From: Octopus vulgaris
Taxonomy: Eukaryota
Reading direction: 5' to 3'
Assembly: GCA_951406725.2 (NCBI GenBank)
Contig: OX597837.1
Location: forward strand, 22,010,001 to 22,074,000
DNA: 64,000 nt
This document shows, piece by piece, positions 12,490 to 23,684 of the stretch. Under the pieces are notes generated by a model, which searched no databases, was not told where the DNA came from, and saw only the letters and a list, made by a program, of their open reading frames with translations. The position numbers and the translations under genes are program-made. How positions within the stretch are numbered: position 1 is the first letter of the stretch; each line of letters starts with the position of its first letter.

Positions 12490-12755
12490 TGATGGCGAAG
12501 AGAACAGAATAGCGGAATGGTGGTGGTGGTGGTGGTGGCGAAGAGAACAGAATAGCGGAATGGTGGTGGCGGTGGTGATGGCGAAGAGAACAGAATAGCG
12601 GAATGGTGGTGGCGAAGAGAGCAGAATAGCGGAATGGTGATGGCGAAGAGAACAGAATAGCGGAATGGTGGTGGCGGTGGTGATGGCGAAGAGAACAGAA
12701 TAGCGGAATGGTGGTGGCGGTGGTGATGGCGAAGAGAACAGAATAGCGGAATGGT
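12490..12755. repeat. Minisatellite: 7 copies of GGCGAAGAGAACAGAATAGCGGAATGG with variable (GGT/GGC/GAT) linkers
   Basis: Counted directly; one copy has a single substitution. Confidence 0.92.
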
Positions 12756-12834
12756 TTCTCTCCCGGTTTTTTTCTAACTCGGTCGGTAGTTGTGGTGAAT
12801 TAAAAAGTGCTACTAGCAGGTCGTTGTTGTTGTT

Positions 12835-14310
12835 GGTGTTGCTTAGCCTGAGGTCAGTTCCGATGACGCAGACCTATAGCGCTCCAGGCATGACCATCTC
12901 GTTACGTTTTGTCATTAGAATTTTTTTTTTATTTTTCAAACTACGCTATCTAATATGTCCTTTTCTCTATAAGATGGTATAGGGTGTTGATTTTGAGAGA
13001 GATTTGGCTGCTATTTCTAGCAACGGGTTAAGTGACACCGTAAAGGTTGTCCACGTTGGCTCGTGTTGTGGTTGTTGTTGTTGTTGTTGATAGTGATGGT
13101 AATGCTTATGATTGGCGTTGATGGCACCGTGGAATGGTATTTCTGTCTCCCTCCTGTCTTTCCTTCTCTCTCTGTGTCAGTCGGTCGCTGAATGGGACGA
13201 GAAGTGGCAAGTTGTTTTGGTAGTGGTGTTGATAGTAGCAATGGTGTTGTTATTGTTATTTCGCCCTAGGTCAACTCTAACTGAGCAGTTCTATGATCAA
13301 ACGCATTCCATTTCGTGTTCTCTCTCTCTCTCTCACACGCACACACACAGAAACACACATAAGATTGCCTTATTCAATGTCCTTTCCTTTTTAAGACGGT
13401 ACGATGTACTTTGGGTGAGATTTGGCTACTATTTCCAGCATTTAGAGTCACTATGTAAAAAGGCTCCCTCGCTGACTCTATACTAATTACTGCATATTGC
13501 TGATTGTAGCAGTAATGTTAGTAAATGTTATCGCGGTCGAGCAGACACATATGATCAGAAGCATTCTACCCATGACCACCCCGTCTTTTTATACATAGTT
13601 TATCGTAGACTACGTTATTCAATGTCCTTTCTTCTTGCAGGTTTAATTTGAGAGATTTGGTGGGGCTTTTTATTTCTAGCGAGTTAAATGACTACATAAA
13701 GGCGCTCACATTTGGCTGGGGTTGTGTATGTATGTATGTATTATGTTGGTTTATGTTAGTAGTGTTGGTGGATGTTTCTGGCAGCAGAGATGGTAGAATT
13801 ACTTATGGAAGGAGAATGGTTTATAGGATTACTCCTGTCTTCTTTTCTCTCGCTCTCTCTTTCTGTCTTAGTCTTTCTGTATGTCGGTGACTGAGTTGCG
13901 AACGAAGTCGTTCCTATTTAACCCCAGGTCGACCCTGATCGAGGAGGCTTATCATCAGTCGCATTCTGAACGTGTCCGTCCCGTCTTTTAGTGAAAAATA
14001 AAACTACATTATCAAATATGGAATCTTGTTAAATTTCTTTCAACCATTTCAAATTTTCACCAGATTATTTTCAAAAAATGTAGTTTTGCACGCTAATTAC
14101 GAAAATCTTATTCATTTTACTTTTAAAAATTAATAATACAAAAAGGTTACATGAAAATGAAAAAAAAAAATCTGGTGAATTTCAAATGGTTGATAGAAAT
14201 TAAACACGATCCCGTCTTTTATTTAAATGGTTGGGGTGTAATTTTGAAGGAAATTTAGTTGCTATTTCTAGCAAGTCAAGCGACGGTACAAGAAGCGTCC
14301 TCGTTGGTTT
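12835..14310. repeat. Four same-orientation diverged copies of an interspersed repeat (ccaggtc..gagcagacctatgatc..gatttggctgctatttctagc)
   Basis: Copies near 12835, 13255, 13535 and 13915; further copies near 15040, 46075 and 57000. Confidence 0.65.
14020..14213. mobile_element. MITE with ~45-bp imperfect TIRs
   Basis: ggaatcttgttaaatttctttcaaccatttcaaattttcaccagatt / aatctggtgaatttcaaatggttgatagaaattaaacacgatccc. Confidence 0.7.
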
Positions 14311-15324
14311 GTTGATACTCGTGTTGTGCATGTGGTTGGTGGTGGTGGTGGTGGTGACGGTTGGAGTAAATCATGATGGAACAATATTACGGTTTTCTGT
14401 AACTTCTTTCTCCTTTCCTCCGACTCCTTTAAAAGTGGTGGGGTGGGTTCTAACGCTAAGACAGTTTTGCACTATTAGAAAACGGGCGGCATTGCTGTAA
14501 GGTGTTCTGTGCTGGGTCAGAAGGATATAGTGAGGGGTGAACGAAAGATAGAACTGCGAAAGAGGGTCTGTGTCTGTCAATCGGGTCAGCGAGAAAAGAC
14601 AGTTGGCGGTAGCAGTAGTGATGGTAAATAAAACAATGAAACTTTGGCATGGTCTGTTGGTGGCTGGTCGGTGGGATAGACCGGTGGAAGTATGTTCTAG
14701 GTAAAGGTTTGTCACTTTGGCAAAGACCCCATCCCACTTAGTAGTAAAACGAATGATACTCTTATCCCGACTACTATAAGTAAAAGGACACCAATTCATT
14801 CATTCTCTCTATCTTCTCTTTAAACGCATGTACTTTCGTTTACTCTTTCTTTCTTTCCATATCTTTTTTCTCTCGTTTATTCGTTCTGTCTCTCTCTCTC
14901 TCCTTTCATTCTGTCTTTCTTTTTTTTGCTCCTACCGTTTTCTTTCACTCAATTTTTTTTGGTCTTTTTTCCCCCCTAACAATCTCTCTCTCTCTCTCTT
15001 TTTATTTTTTCCCTCTCTTTGTCTTCCTAATCATTTTCCTCTGCTGCACTCGTTTGAAATAGCAGTCAAATCTTCCTTATATCAATCCCCCAACCGTCTT
15101 GAAAAAGGAAGAACTACTCGGATAATATAGATCATAGATCTGATTGATCAAAGCTGGTCTGCAACAACAAAAAAAAAACATCTTTGTTAACCTCGATACT
15201 ATCTTGATGTTATCTGTGTTATTTCCCTTATTTAAGCGGTTTTATGTAATCCCACACTCTATCATTATGGACCATTTTTGATGTTTTTGTCAATCCTTCT
15301 GGTTCATAAGGAAAATATTACCAT

Positions 15325-17690
15325 TGACTCGACAAAATGCTCGGTGGCATTTATTTCGGCTCTGTACGTTCTGAGTTCAAAACATGTCGAGGTCAACTTT
15401 GCGTTTCATTCTTTCTGGGTCGATAAAATAAAGTACCAGTCAAGTACTGGAGTCAATATTCTCGACTAAATTGTTCCCGCTAAAACTGCTGGACTTGTGC
15501 CACAAGTTGAAACAATTATTGTTATTAATAGATCTCATTATCATTTGGATTGGCAAAATTGTTAAGGTACCTTATTTATTTATGGTCCTTTGAGAATTCA
15601 AATCTCACTTTACCTCTCCATACTTTTGGGCGGATAAAATATTTTAACGATCAAATACTAAGATCGATTATACCACCCTCCCCCATAATCTGCAGCACTG
15701 TGCCAATATTAGAAATAATAATAATCATCATTATCATTATTGTTATTATTTAAGGTGGCGAGCTGGCAGAAACGTTAGCACGCTGGGCGAAATGCTAAGC
15801 GGTATTTCGTCTGCCGCTACGTTCTGAGTTTAAGTTCCGCCGAGGTCGACTTCGCCTTTCATCCTTTCGGGGTCGAGAAATTAAGGACCAGTTACACACT
15901 GGGGTCGATGTGATCAACTTGATCTCTTTGTCCTTGTTTGTCTCTGTGTTTAGCCCCTTGTGGGTAGTAAAGAAATAGGTATTTCGTCTGCCGTTACTTT
16001 CTGAGTTCAAATTCCGCCGAGGTCGGCTTTGCCTTTCATTCTTTCGGGGTCGATTTATTAAGTACCAGTTACGCACTGGGGTCGATGTAATTGACTTAAT
16101 CCCTTTGTCTGTCCTTGTTTATCCCCTCTATGTAATAAAGAAATAAGAATTGTTAGCAAGTTGGACTAAATGCTTAGTGCTATTTCTCCTGTTGCTACAT
16201 TCTGAGTTCAAACCCTGCTGAGGTCGACTTTGCCTTTCATCCTTTCATTGTCAATAAATTAAGTACCAGTGGAGTATTGAAGTCGATGTAATCAACTTAA
16301 ACACTACCCCAAAATTCCAGACCTTGTGCCTATAGTAGAAAGGATTATTATTATTATTATTATTATTATTAAGAGAATAGTGCATGCCATCAAAGTGACA
16401 CTGGGGTAAAATATACGAACCCCAGTATACCCATCCTGACTACCAGTCTGGTAAGGGTACACTAGGCACATGCATTACAACCATATGTGTGCAACTTGGT
16501 GATCTCATATCAAGATAAACAGTGCATGACTTTGCAGGTGGGGCCCAGTTAGAATTTTCTTCTGGTCGAGTAGCCCATCCCGCTCAAAAGGTCCCTGAAT
16601 AAGGGTTGTTTAAGGATGTTGAACGAAACACCTGTGTTTCCAAAGGTGAATTATTCAAACCCCAAAGAATCCCTCTCAACACATGGCTATGATGCTCCCC
16701 ACTACTTCTGCTTGTGATCAGAGATGCACATATCGTCAGCCACTAAGGGACATTCTCAACTGGTTATGGTCAAACAACTGACAAGCAAATCTGTGGTATT
16801 GAGCTGAATATTTGCTGTATCCCATCTTCTATACCAAGACAAAACAATGTACATGATAACACTTCCAATCAGTTAAGATCAGAAGCCATGAGAGCCACTG
16901 TCTTGTACTGCATCAAGGCATTTATTATTATTATTACTGAAGGTGGCAAGCTGGCAGAATTGTTAGCATGCTGGGCAAAATGCTCAGCAGAATTTCATCT
17001 GTCTTTACATTCTGAGTTCAAATTCTGCCAAGTTTGACTTTGCCTTTCATCCTTTCAGGGTCAATAAATTAAGTACGAGTGAAACACTGAGGTCAATGTA
17101 ATTGACTAGTCCCTTCCTCTAAAATTTAAGGCCTTGTGCCTTTAGTAGAAAGGATTATTATTATTATTGAAGGTAGTAAGATGGCAGAATCGTTAGCACA
17201 CCAGGCAAAATGTTTAGCTGAGATATTGGAGTTGATGTAATTGCCTAGTCCCCTGCCCCCAAATTATTGGCCTCATACTATATTTGAAACCATTATTATA
17301 TTATTATTGTAAGGCGGTGAACTCGTAGAATCTTTAGAACATTGGGTGAAATGCTTAGTGGCATTTCGCCCGTCTACATTCTGAGTTCTAATTCTGCTGA
17401 GGTCAACTTTGCCTTTCATCCTTTCAGGGTTGATGAAATAAGTACCAGTTACACTCCGGGGTTGATGTAGTCGACTTAATCCTCTCCCCCAAGCTGCCCT
17501 TGTGGCAAAAAGTTGAAACAACATATTATTGTTGAGTTCAAATTTCACTGAGATCAACTTTGCCTTACATCCTTTTGGGGTCAATAAAATAAGTACCAGT
17601 TGAACATGGGGGTCGATGTAATCAACTAGCCTCCTCCCCCAAAATTGCTCCTCTTGTGGCAAAATTTGGAACCATTATTATTATTATTGC
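15325..17690 (+). mobile_element. Head-to-tail array of family A SINEs (mostly A2, (ATT)n tails), including an A1 dimer at 15752-16146
   Basis: Roughly 8-9 same-strand copies, several separated only by (ATT)n. Confidence 0.85.
16371..16923 (-). mobile_element. Unclassified ~550-bp element inserted in (ATT)n, probably a non-autonomous retroposon
   Basis: Flanked by (ATT)n on both sides; its internal part is shared with 4215-4365 and 31260-31400. Confidence 0.55.
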
Positions 17691-17695
17691 AATAC

Positions 17696-17920
17696 GAGAC
17701 TGTGTGATAAGTAGCTTGCTTACTAACCACATGGTTCTGGGTTCATTCCTACTGTGTGGCACCTTGGGCAAATGTCTTCTACTATAGCCTCGGGCCGACT
17801 AAAGCCTTGTGAGTAGATTTGGTAGATGAAAACTGAAAGAAAACCATCGTATATATGTATATATATATATATATATATATAAAATCGTATATAAGTAATT
17901 TATATATGTATATGTGTATA

Positions 17921-17976
<56 letters not shown>

Positions 17977-18190
17977 CTGTGTATATGTTTGTGTCTGTGT
18001 TTGTCCCCCCAACATCGCTTGACAACCGATGGTGGTGTGTTTACGTCCCCTGTAACTTAGCTGTTTGGCAAAAGAGACTGATAGAGTAAGTACTAGGCTT
18101 ACAAAGAATAAGTCCTGGGGTCGATCTGCTCGACTAAAGGCAGTGCTCCAGCATGGCTGCAGTCAAATGACTGAAACAAGTAAAAGAGAG
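17696..18190 (+). mobile_element. SINE family B
   Basis: Full-length with expanded internal (TA)n. Confidence 0.88.
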
Positions 18191-18350
18191 AGAGAATTTG
18201 TATTATTTATTTAATGTCTTTTGTATTCTGAGTTCAATTCTCACCAAAACCAACTCTGTGTTTCGCCCTTTTAAAGTCAACAAAATAGTGAATCAGTCAA
18301 GTACTTGGGGTGATTTAATCACTGGCCACACAAAAATTTCTAGCCTTATA

Positions 18351-18777
18351 TACTCTTTACTTTCTTTTACTTGTTTCAGTCATTTGACTGCGGCCATGCT
18401 GGAGCACCGCCTTTAATCGAGCAACTCGACCCCGGGACTTATTCTTTTGTAAGCCCAGTACTTATTCTATCGGTCTCTTTTGCAGAACCGCTAAGTAACA
18501 GGGACGTAATCACACCAGCATCGGTTGTCAAGCAATACTAGGGGGACAAACACAGACACACAAACACACACACGCATATATATATATACATATATATATA
18601 TATACATATATACGACGGGCTTCTTTCAGTTTCCGCCTACCAAATCCACTCACAGGGCATTGGTCGGCCCAGGGCTATAGCAGAAGACACTTGCCCAAGA
18701 TGCCATGCAGTGGGACTGAACCCGGAACCATGTGGTTGGTTAGCAAGCTACTTACCACACAGCCACTCCTGCGCCTA
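18351..18777 (-). mobile_element. SINE family B
   Basis: Full-length; inverted relative to the 17696 copy, ~160 bp apart. Confidence 0.88.
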
Positions 18778-19128
18778 TCTATGTAAAAAAAATAATAAAT
18801 AAATAAATAAATATTCCTCATTTTAGTTTAGTTTTGTTCTTTTAATATTTCATTTATTAAAAACTGATCTCGTTAATGAAAATGCTGTTTTTGCAGCTAA
18901 TAATGCATTCTGTTGTTGCTGCTGCTGCTGTTGCTTTCAAACCCATTCACTGCAGTATCCTGATTCAGCTGGGACCAGATCATGTGAAAAAAAACTGTAC
19001 CCTTTAACGTCTGCACATTGAAATAGAGAATAAAAGTCGATATTTTTTTATGTGAAGAATTCTTTCCTACACATTTGTTCTTTTTTTATTCATACATATT
19101 TTTCATTAATTTATCTATTTATTCAAAT

Positions 19129-19168
<40 letters not shown>

Positions 19169-19518
19169 CACACAGATTCAAATAAATGCATATATACATA
19201 TTGTACATATAATGTACACTAACATAATCACTAATTTACTCATTCATTGGTCTCAGTTAGTCATTGGAATGTGGTCATGCTGGAGCATTGCTTTCAAAGG
19301 ATTTTTGATTTAATATATCAGTTCCAGTATATATTTTGGTCTGGTACTTATGTTATAGATTTTTGTTTGTCAGACTTGTAAGTTATGAGACAAAATCAGA
19401 CGGGTTTTGTTTTGGCTTGTGTAAATGAGAACACAAACATGACACACACATATACACACATCCATCCATTTAAACATACATACATACATACATTTGTACA
19501 TACATAGATGCATACATA

Positions 19519-20020
19519 CCGTAAATCCTCGAGTATAGTCTGCCCTTGAGTATAATATGCAGGGGATTTTTAGGGGGCTGTAACTCTGAACAACCTAAAC
19601 CTTGTGTATAATATGCACCCCTTTTCTAACTTGAGTCAAGGAGTTCTATATACCGTCCTTGGTTTGTAAAAATGTATACGGTAACGTCCTTTATTATTAT
19701 TATATATATAACATAATGCAAACGTGTAGCTTTTTTGTGCATTTTGTTTGCAGAAAATAAAGAAATAACAGTAATAACGTTTAATAAATGTTGTTAACTG
19801 CAAGTTATGGATGATTCTTTTATGACTTCATTGCTTTCAGGCTTAGCTTAAGGTATTTTCGCGCCCGACATCACAAAATGCGTCTGAATAAACATTGCCG
19901 GACAGCAAGTATAGACTCGGACATTGCTTAGAAAATAATTTTCGTTTTTAACCTCGTATATAGTACGCACTAGGGATTTTGACCCTTAAATTTTGGGAAA
20001 AAAATGCGGATTATACTCGA
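19519..20020. mobile_element. Tc2/pogo-like element, second copy, right TIR truncated
   Basis: Closely similar to 4838-5308; begins TA|CCGTAAATCCTCGAGTATA. Confidence 0.85.
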
Positions 20021-20631
20021 TAGATGCATACATACCTATGTGGCGATGGCTGTTTACTCGTTAGGCAAGCATGACCATTGCTGACAGATAAGTGTCAGCT
20101 ATACCCATGCAATGGTTTTAAGTTGAGTATGGCTTACACAACCCCACAATGACTCTCACCAACACCAAGAAACCACAGAGACAAGCAAAGTGCAAGATAT
20201 CTGGCTCAGTAGAGCAGCTGGTTTTATAAACAAGTTAGCCTTCTCCCGGAGAGATGCCTTAGCAAAGACCAGGGATTCCTCCCTCCCAGTGGGCTTACTG
20301 CACCCCTCAGACACCGACCTAAGTATTTCTATGTTCGGTCATTCATATGTTAGCTAACCCATTGCTGAGACCCTGACAGGTACTACTACTCCAAGTCTGA
20401 GTAGAACTGGGAATAGTGGTGGTTAACAGGTGGTTCCATACACCTCTGAACCTTGGAACTCCTGAACCAAATTCCCGATACTGGATGAAGTTTAAAGTCA
20501 TACCCAGAACATATATACGTACATACATACATACATACATACATACATACATACATACATACATACATACATACATACATACGTACGTACGTACGTACGT
20601 ACGTACGTACGTACAAAAGAAAGAGGACATC

Positions 20632-21275
20632 TATAGACAATTGATAACAAGTTTGCAAATCCAGTGCCCTGAATACGCTTTCAGCTTCATACCCGTTATT
20701 ATTGGCGTGACAGAGTACGTACCGGCCCAACTGGGGATAAGTATGGCTGAACTTAGGATCTTGAGGAGAGAATGCAAATCCTTAATTAATATGCTGCAAA
20801 TGACCATGATATCTGGGACTATAAAAATCTGTAAGGGCTTCTTAAGATTTAAAGGATGATGGCTAAATCAAGGCACCTTCCTTCACAGCCTGGCTAGCAA
20901 AAAGGTGGCCGAGCAAAATTTACTCTAAATTAAAAACAAGAAAGAGAAAAACATGCATTCATACATACATACATACATATGTACATACATAGATGCATAC
21001 ATGCACACATACATAAATACATACATTATTGAAGCAACAGGAAACATACCAACCTGTCTGGTGCAAAGTATGGCTGAACTTAGAATCTTGGGGAGAGAAT
21101 GCAAATCCTTAATTCATATGCTACAAATGACCATGATATCTGGGACTATAAAAATCTGTAAGACCTTGTTAAGATTTAAAGGATGATGGCTAAATCAAAG
21201 TACTTTCCTTCATAAACTTGCTACCAAGTAGGTGACCGGTCAAAGTTTACTCTAAATTAGAAAGAGAAGACATAC
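20632..21275 (+). pseudogene. Two tandem 3' ends of an R4-like (RLE) non-LTR element
   Basis: KEDIYRQL..FIPVIIG..LQMTMISGTIKICKGFLRFKG* plus 3' UTR, repeated; set in (CATA)n/(CGTA)n. Confidence 0.75.
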
Positions 21276-21279
21276 GTAT

Positions 21280-22640
21280 ATTCCCTCCAGAGCAGTGGAA
21301 AAATGTCAGAGTTGTTCACCTGTTCAAATAAGGTGATCGCACATCACCTGTCAACTACCGTCCAGTCAACCTTACTAGCTGCATCGCCAGACTGATGGAG
21401 TCCTGTGTCAGAGAAACACTCCGGAGCTTTTGGAGCTTTCACACCTTATTTGACCCTCACAATTTGGATTTATCCCTAACTCCAGCTGCTGTAGCCAACT
21501 CATCAAGTTTCTTGTGGACATCACCTGAGTTACTGATGTCAGCTCATGGGTGGAAGTTATCTACCTTGACTTAGCTAAAGCATTCAATTCTGTCACACAA
21601 ATGACTCATGGCAAAACCCTCTGCCATGGGTGTGTAAGATGATCTCTATAATTGGCTGAAGTCCTTCATTTTCAGTTGGAAAGAAGTAGTTATGGTTCTA
21701 GGACATCATTCTTCACCCTGCGAGATGACTTCTGGTGTACCACAGGGATCTGCTCTTGGATCCCTACTGTTTGTTGCATATATTAATGACATAGATGCCA
21801 ACTTGAGGAATGACATCAAGTTGTACCTCGAGATAAAAAGAACAGGTCCTATGCACTATAGACCTTTCCTGCAATCAGACCAGGACACAATGTAGAAATG
21901 GATTTTTGACTGGCAACTCAAGTTAGCTATGGACAAGTGTGTCACCATGCACTTTGGGAGGAAAAGCCCATCCTTTACATACTCCCTCAGTAACACCAAT
22001 CTCTAGAAGTCTTCTAGTGAATGTGATCTGTGTATTATTGTAAATAACGATCTGCGTTGGATAAACCACATCTCTAAGACTGTCAAGAAGGCTGAGGGTG
22101 TTCTAGCATCACTCGGTAAGACCTTTGTCAGCCACTCTCCAGCTATCTATTTAAAACTGTTTATAACAATGGTACATCCACACTTAGAATTTGCATCACC
22201 AATCTAGAACCCCTATTTTGCTCAGCATATAAATCTCCTGGAAACTCTTCAGAAATATGCAGCAAAACAAATACCCACCGTCAGGCATCTACCATACTTT
22301 GAACTTCTTGCTTCCCTGGGTATGGACACATTGAAGTTCAGTCATCTGGAAACTAACTTGGTAGACACCAACAAGATTATCCTATTTCTTTACTACCCAC
22401 AAGGGGCTAAACACAGAGAGGACAAACAAGGACAGACAAACGGATTAAGTCGATTATATCGACTCCAGTGCATAACTGGTACTTATTTAATCGACCCCGA
22501 AAGGATGAAGGCAAAGTCGACCTCGGCGGAATTTGAACTCAGAATGTAGTGGCAGACGAAATACTGCTAAGCATTTTGCCCGGTGTGCTAACGTTTCTGC
22601 CAGCTTGCTGCCCACAAGATTATCCACCTTGTAAGGAATC
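21280..22640 (+). pseudogene. CR1-clade LINE reverse-transcriptase remnant
   Basis: NYRPVNLTS..QFGF..YLDLAKAF..SGVPQGSALGSLLFVAYIND..DIKLY..HLEFASP, with stops and frameshifts. Confidence 0.85.
22383..22612 (-). mobile_element. SINE family A1 inserted into the CR1
   Basis: TSD acaagattatcc. Confidence 0.88.
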
Positions 22641-23087
22641 TGGTTCTGTTTGACACTGATTTCCATCAAACTTATTGGAAACTCTATCAAGGTGGCTGAC
22701 TAATTTATTCAGATCTTTTCTAGTAAAGGCACATGGCCTAGTGGTTAAGGTGCTGCACTCGCGATTGTCAAACTCTAGGTTCAATTCCCAGACCAAGTGG
22801 CATGTTGCATTCTTGAGCAAAACACTTAGTATCACATTGTGCTAAGTGTTGGGTGAGGACAGGCATGTCAAAGAATAGAGCCAACAGTCCCACTGCATGT
22901 CATAAACTAATAAAAGTTTGAGGTAGGATTTGCACTCTGATCTCATAAAACCCTCACCGGCAATGACAACTCAAACAGAGCCATGGGTTGGAGGGTTGTT
23001 GCTTGAGTGGTGTGAAGGTACCAGGAGTAGTAGGGAATCACCAACAAATGGTGGATGGAGTGACGCTCTGTTACAGCACATGTCCCT

Positions 23088-23333
23088 TTACTACTACTAC
23101 TACCACCACCACAACCACCACCACCACCACCACCACTGCTGCTACTTCTATTGCTTGTGCTGCTACTGCTGCTGCTACTACCACCACCACCACCACTGCT
23201 GCTGCTGCTGCTGCTACTACTGCTACTACAGCTGCTACTATTGCTGCTGCTGCTGCTACTACTGCTGCTACTTCTGCTACTACTACTGCTACTATTGCTG
23301 CTGCTGCTACTACTGCTGCTACTACTGCTGCTG

Positions 23334-23364
<31 letters not shown>

Positions 23365-23386
23365 CACCACCACTACTACTACTACT
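23088..23386. repeat. Compound (CTA/CTG/CCA)n trinucleotide repeat
   Basis: Seen directly. Confidence 0.95.
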
Positions 23387-23684
23387 CTTCTGTCAGTCTA
23401 TTAGTTCATCCTTTCTTTCTGTCATTCATGAGCAAATCTTTAGGTTTGTATCCTTCCAGTCTCTGATACTGACAGAGCCCACATGATATTCAAGGTCATC
23501 AAACATTATCTGCATGAGGAAGATGTCGCAGGAGTGGGGAGGAGAAGACACCTCCGACCGACTCCCTTGGTTCCGTGGAACCATTCATCGATGATGCCTT
23601 GCTTGAGTACTTCTGTGGTTGTCTTGGAGTAGAGGTGTTGTTTGATTAGCATGGGTCACCTGCTACACCATCTTTTATTTTCTA

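Noticed and set aside
11558-12512. Val/Met/Gly-rich and His/Pro-rich ORFs
   Set aside because: Degenerate (GGT/GAT)n repeat open in several frames on both strands; no splice or domain support.
12490-12755. CRISPR-like repeat-spacer array
   Set aside because: Spacers are short, variable triplet repeats rather than unique sequence; eukaryotic context, no cas genes.
20870-20930. HDV-like ribozyme in the R4 3' UTR (ggcacctt..aaggtggcc)
   Set aside because: Only a simple stem; no P2/P3/P1.1 pseudoknot, and poorly kept in the second copy.
22930-23486. Cys/Tyr/His-rich or Thr/Ala-rich (metallothionein-, mucin- or antifreeze-like) ORFs
   Set aside because: Pure compound trinucleotide repeat, open in multiple frames.
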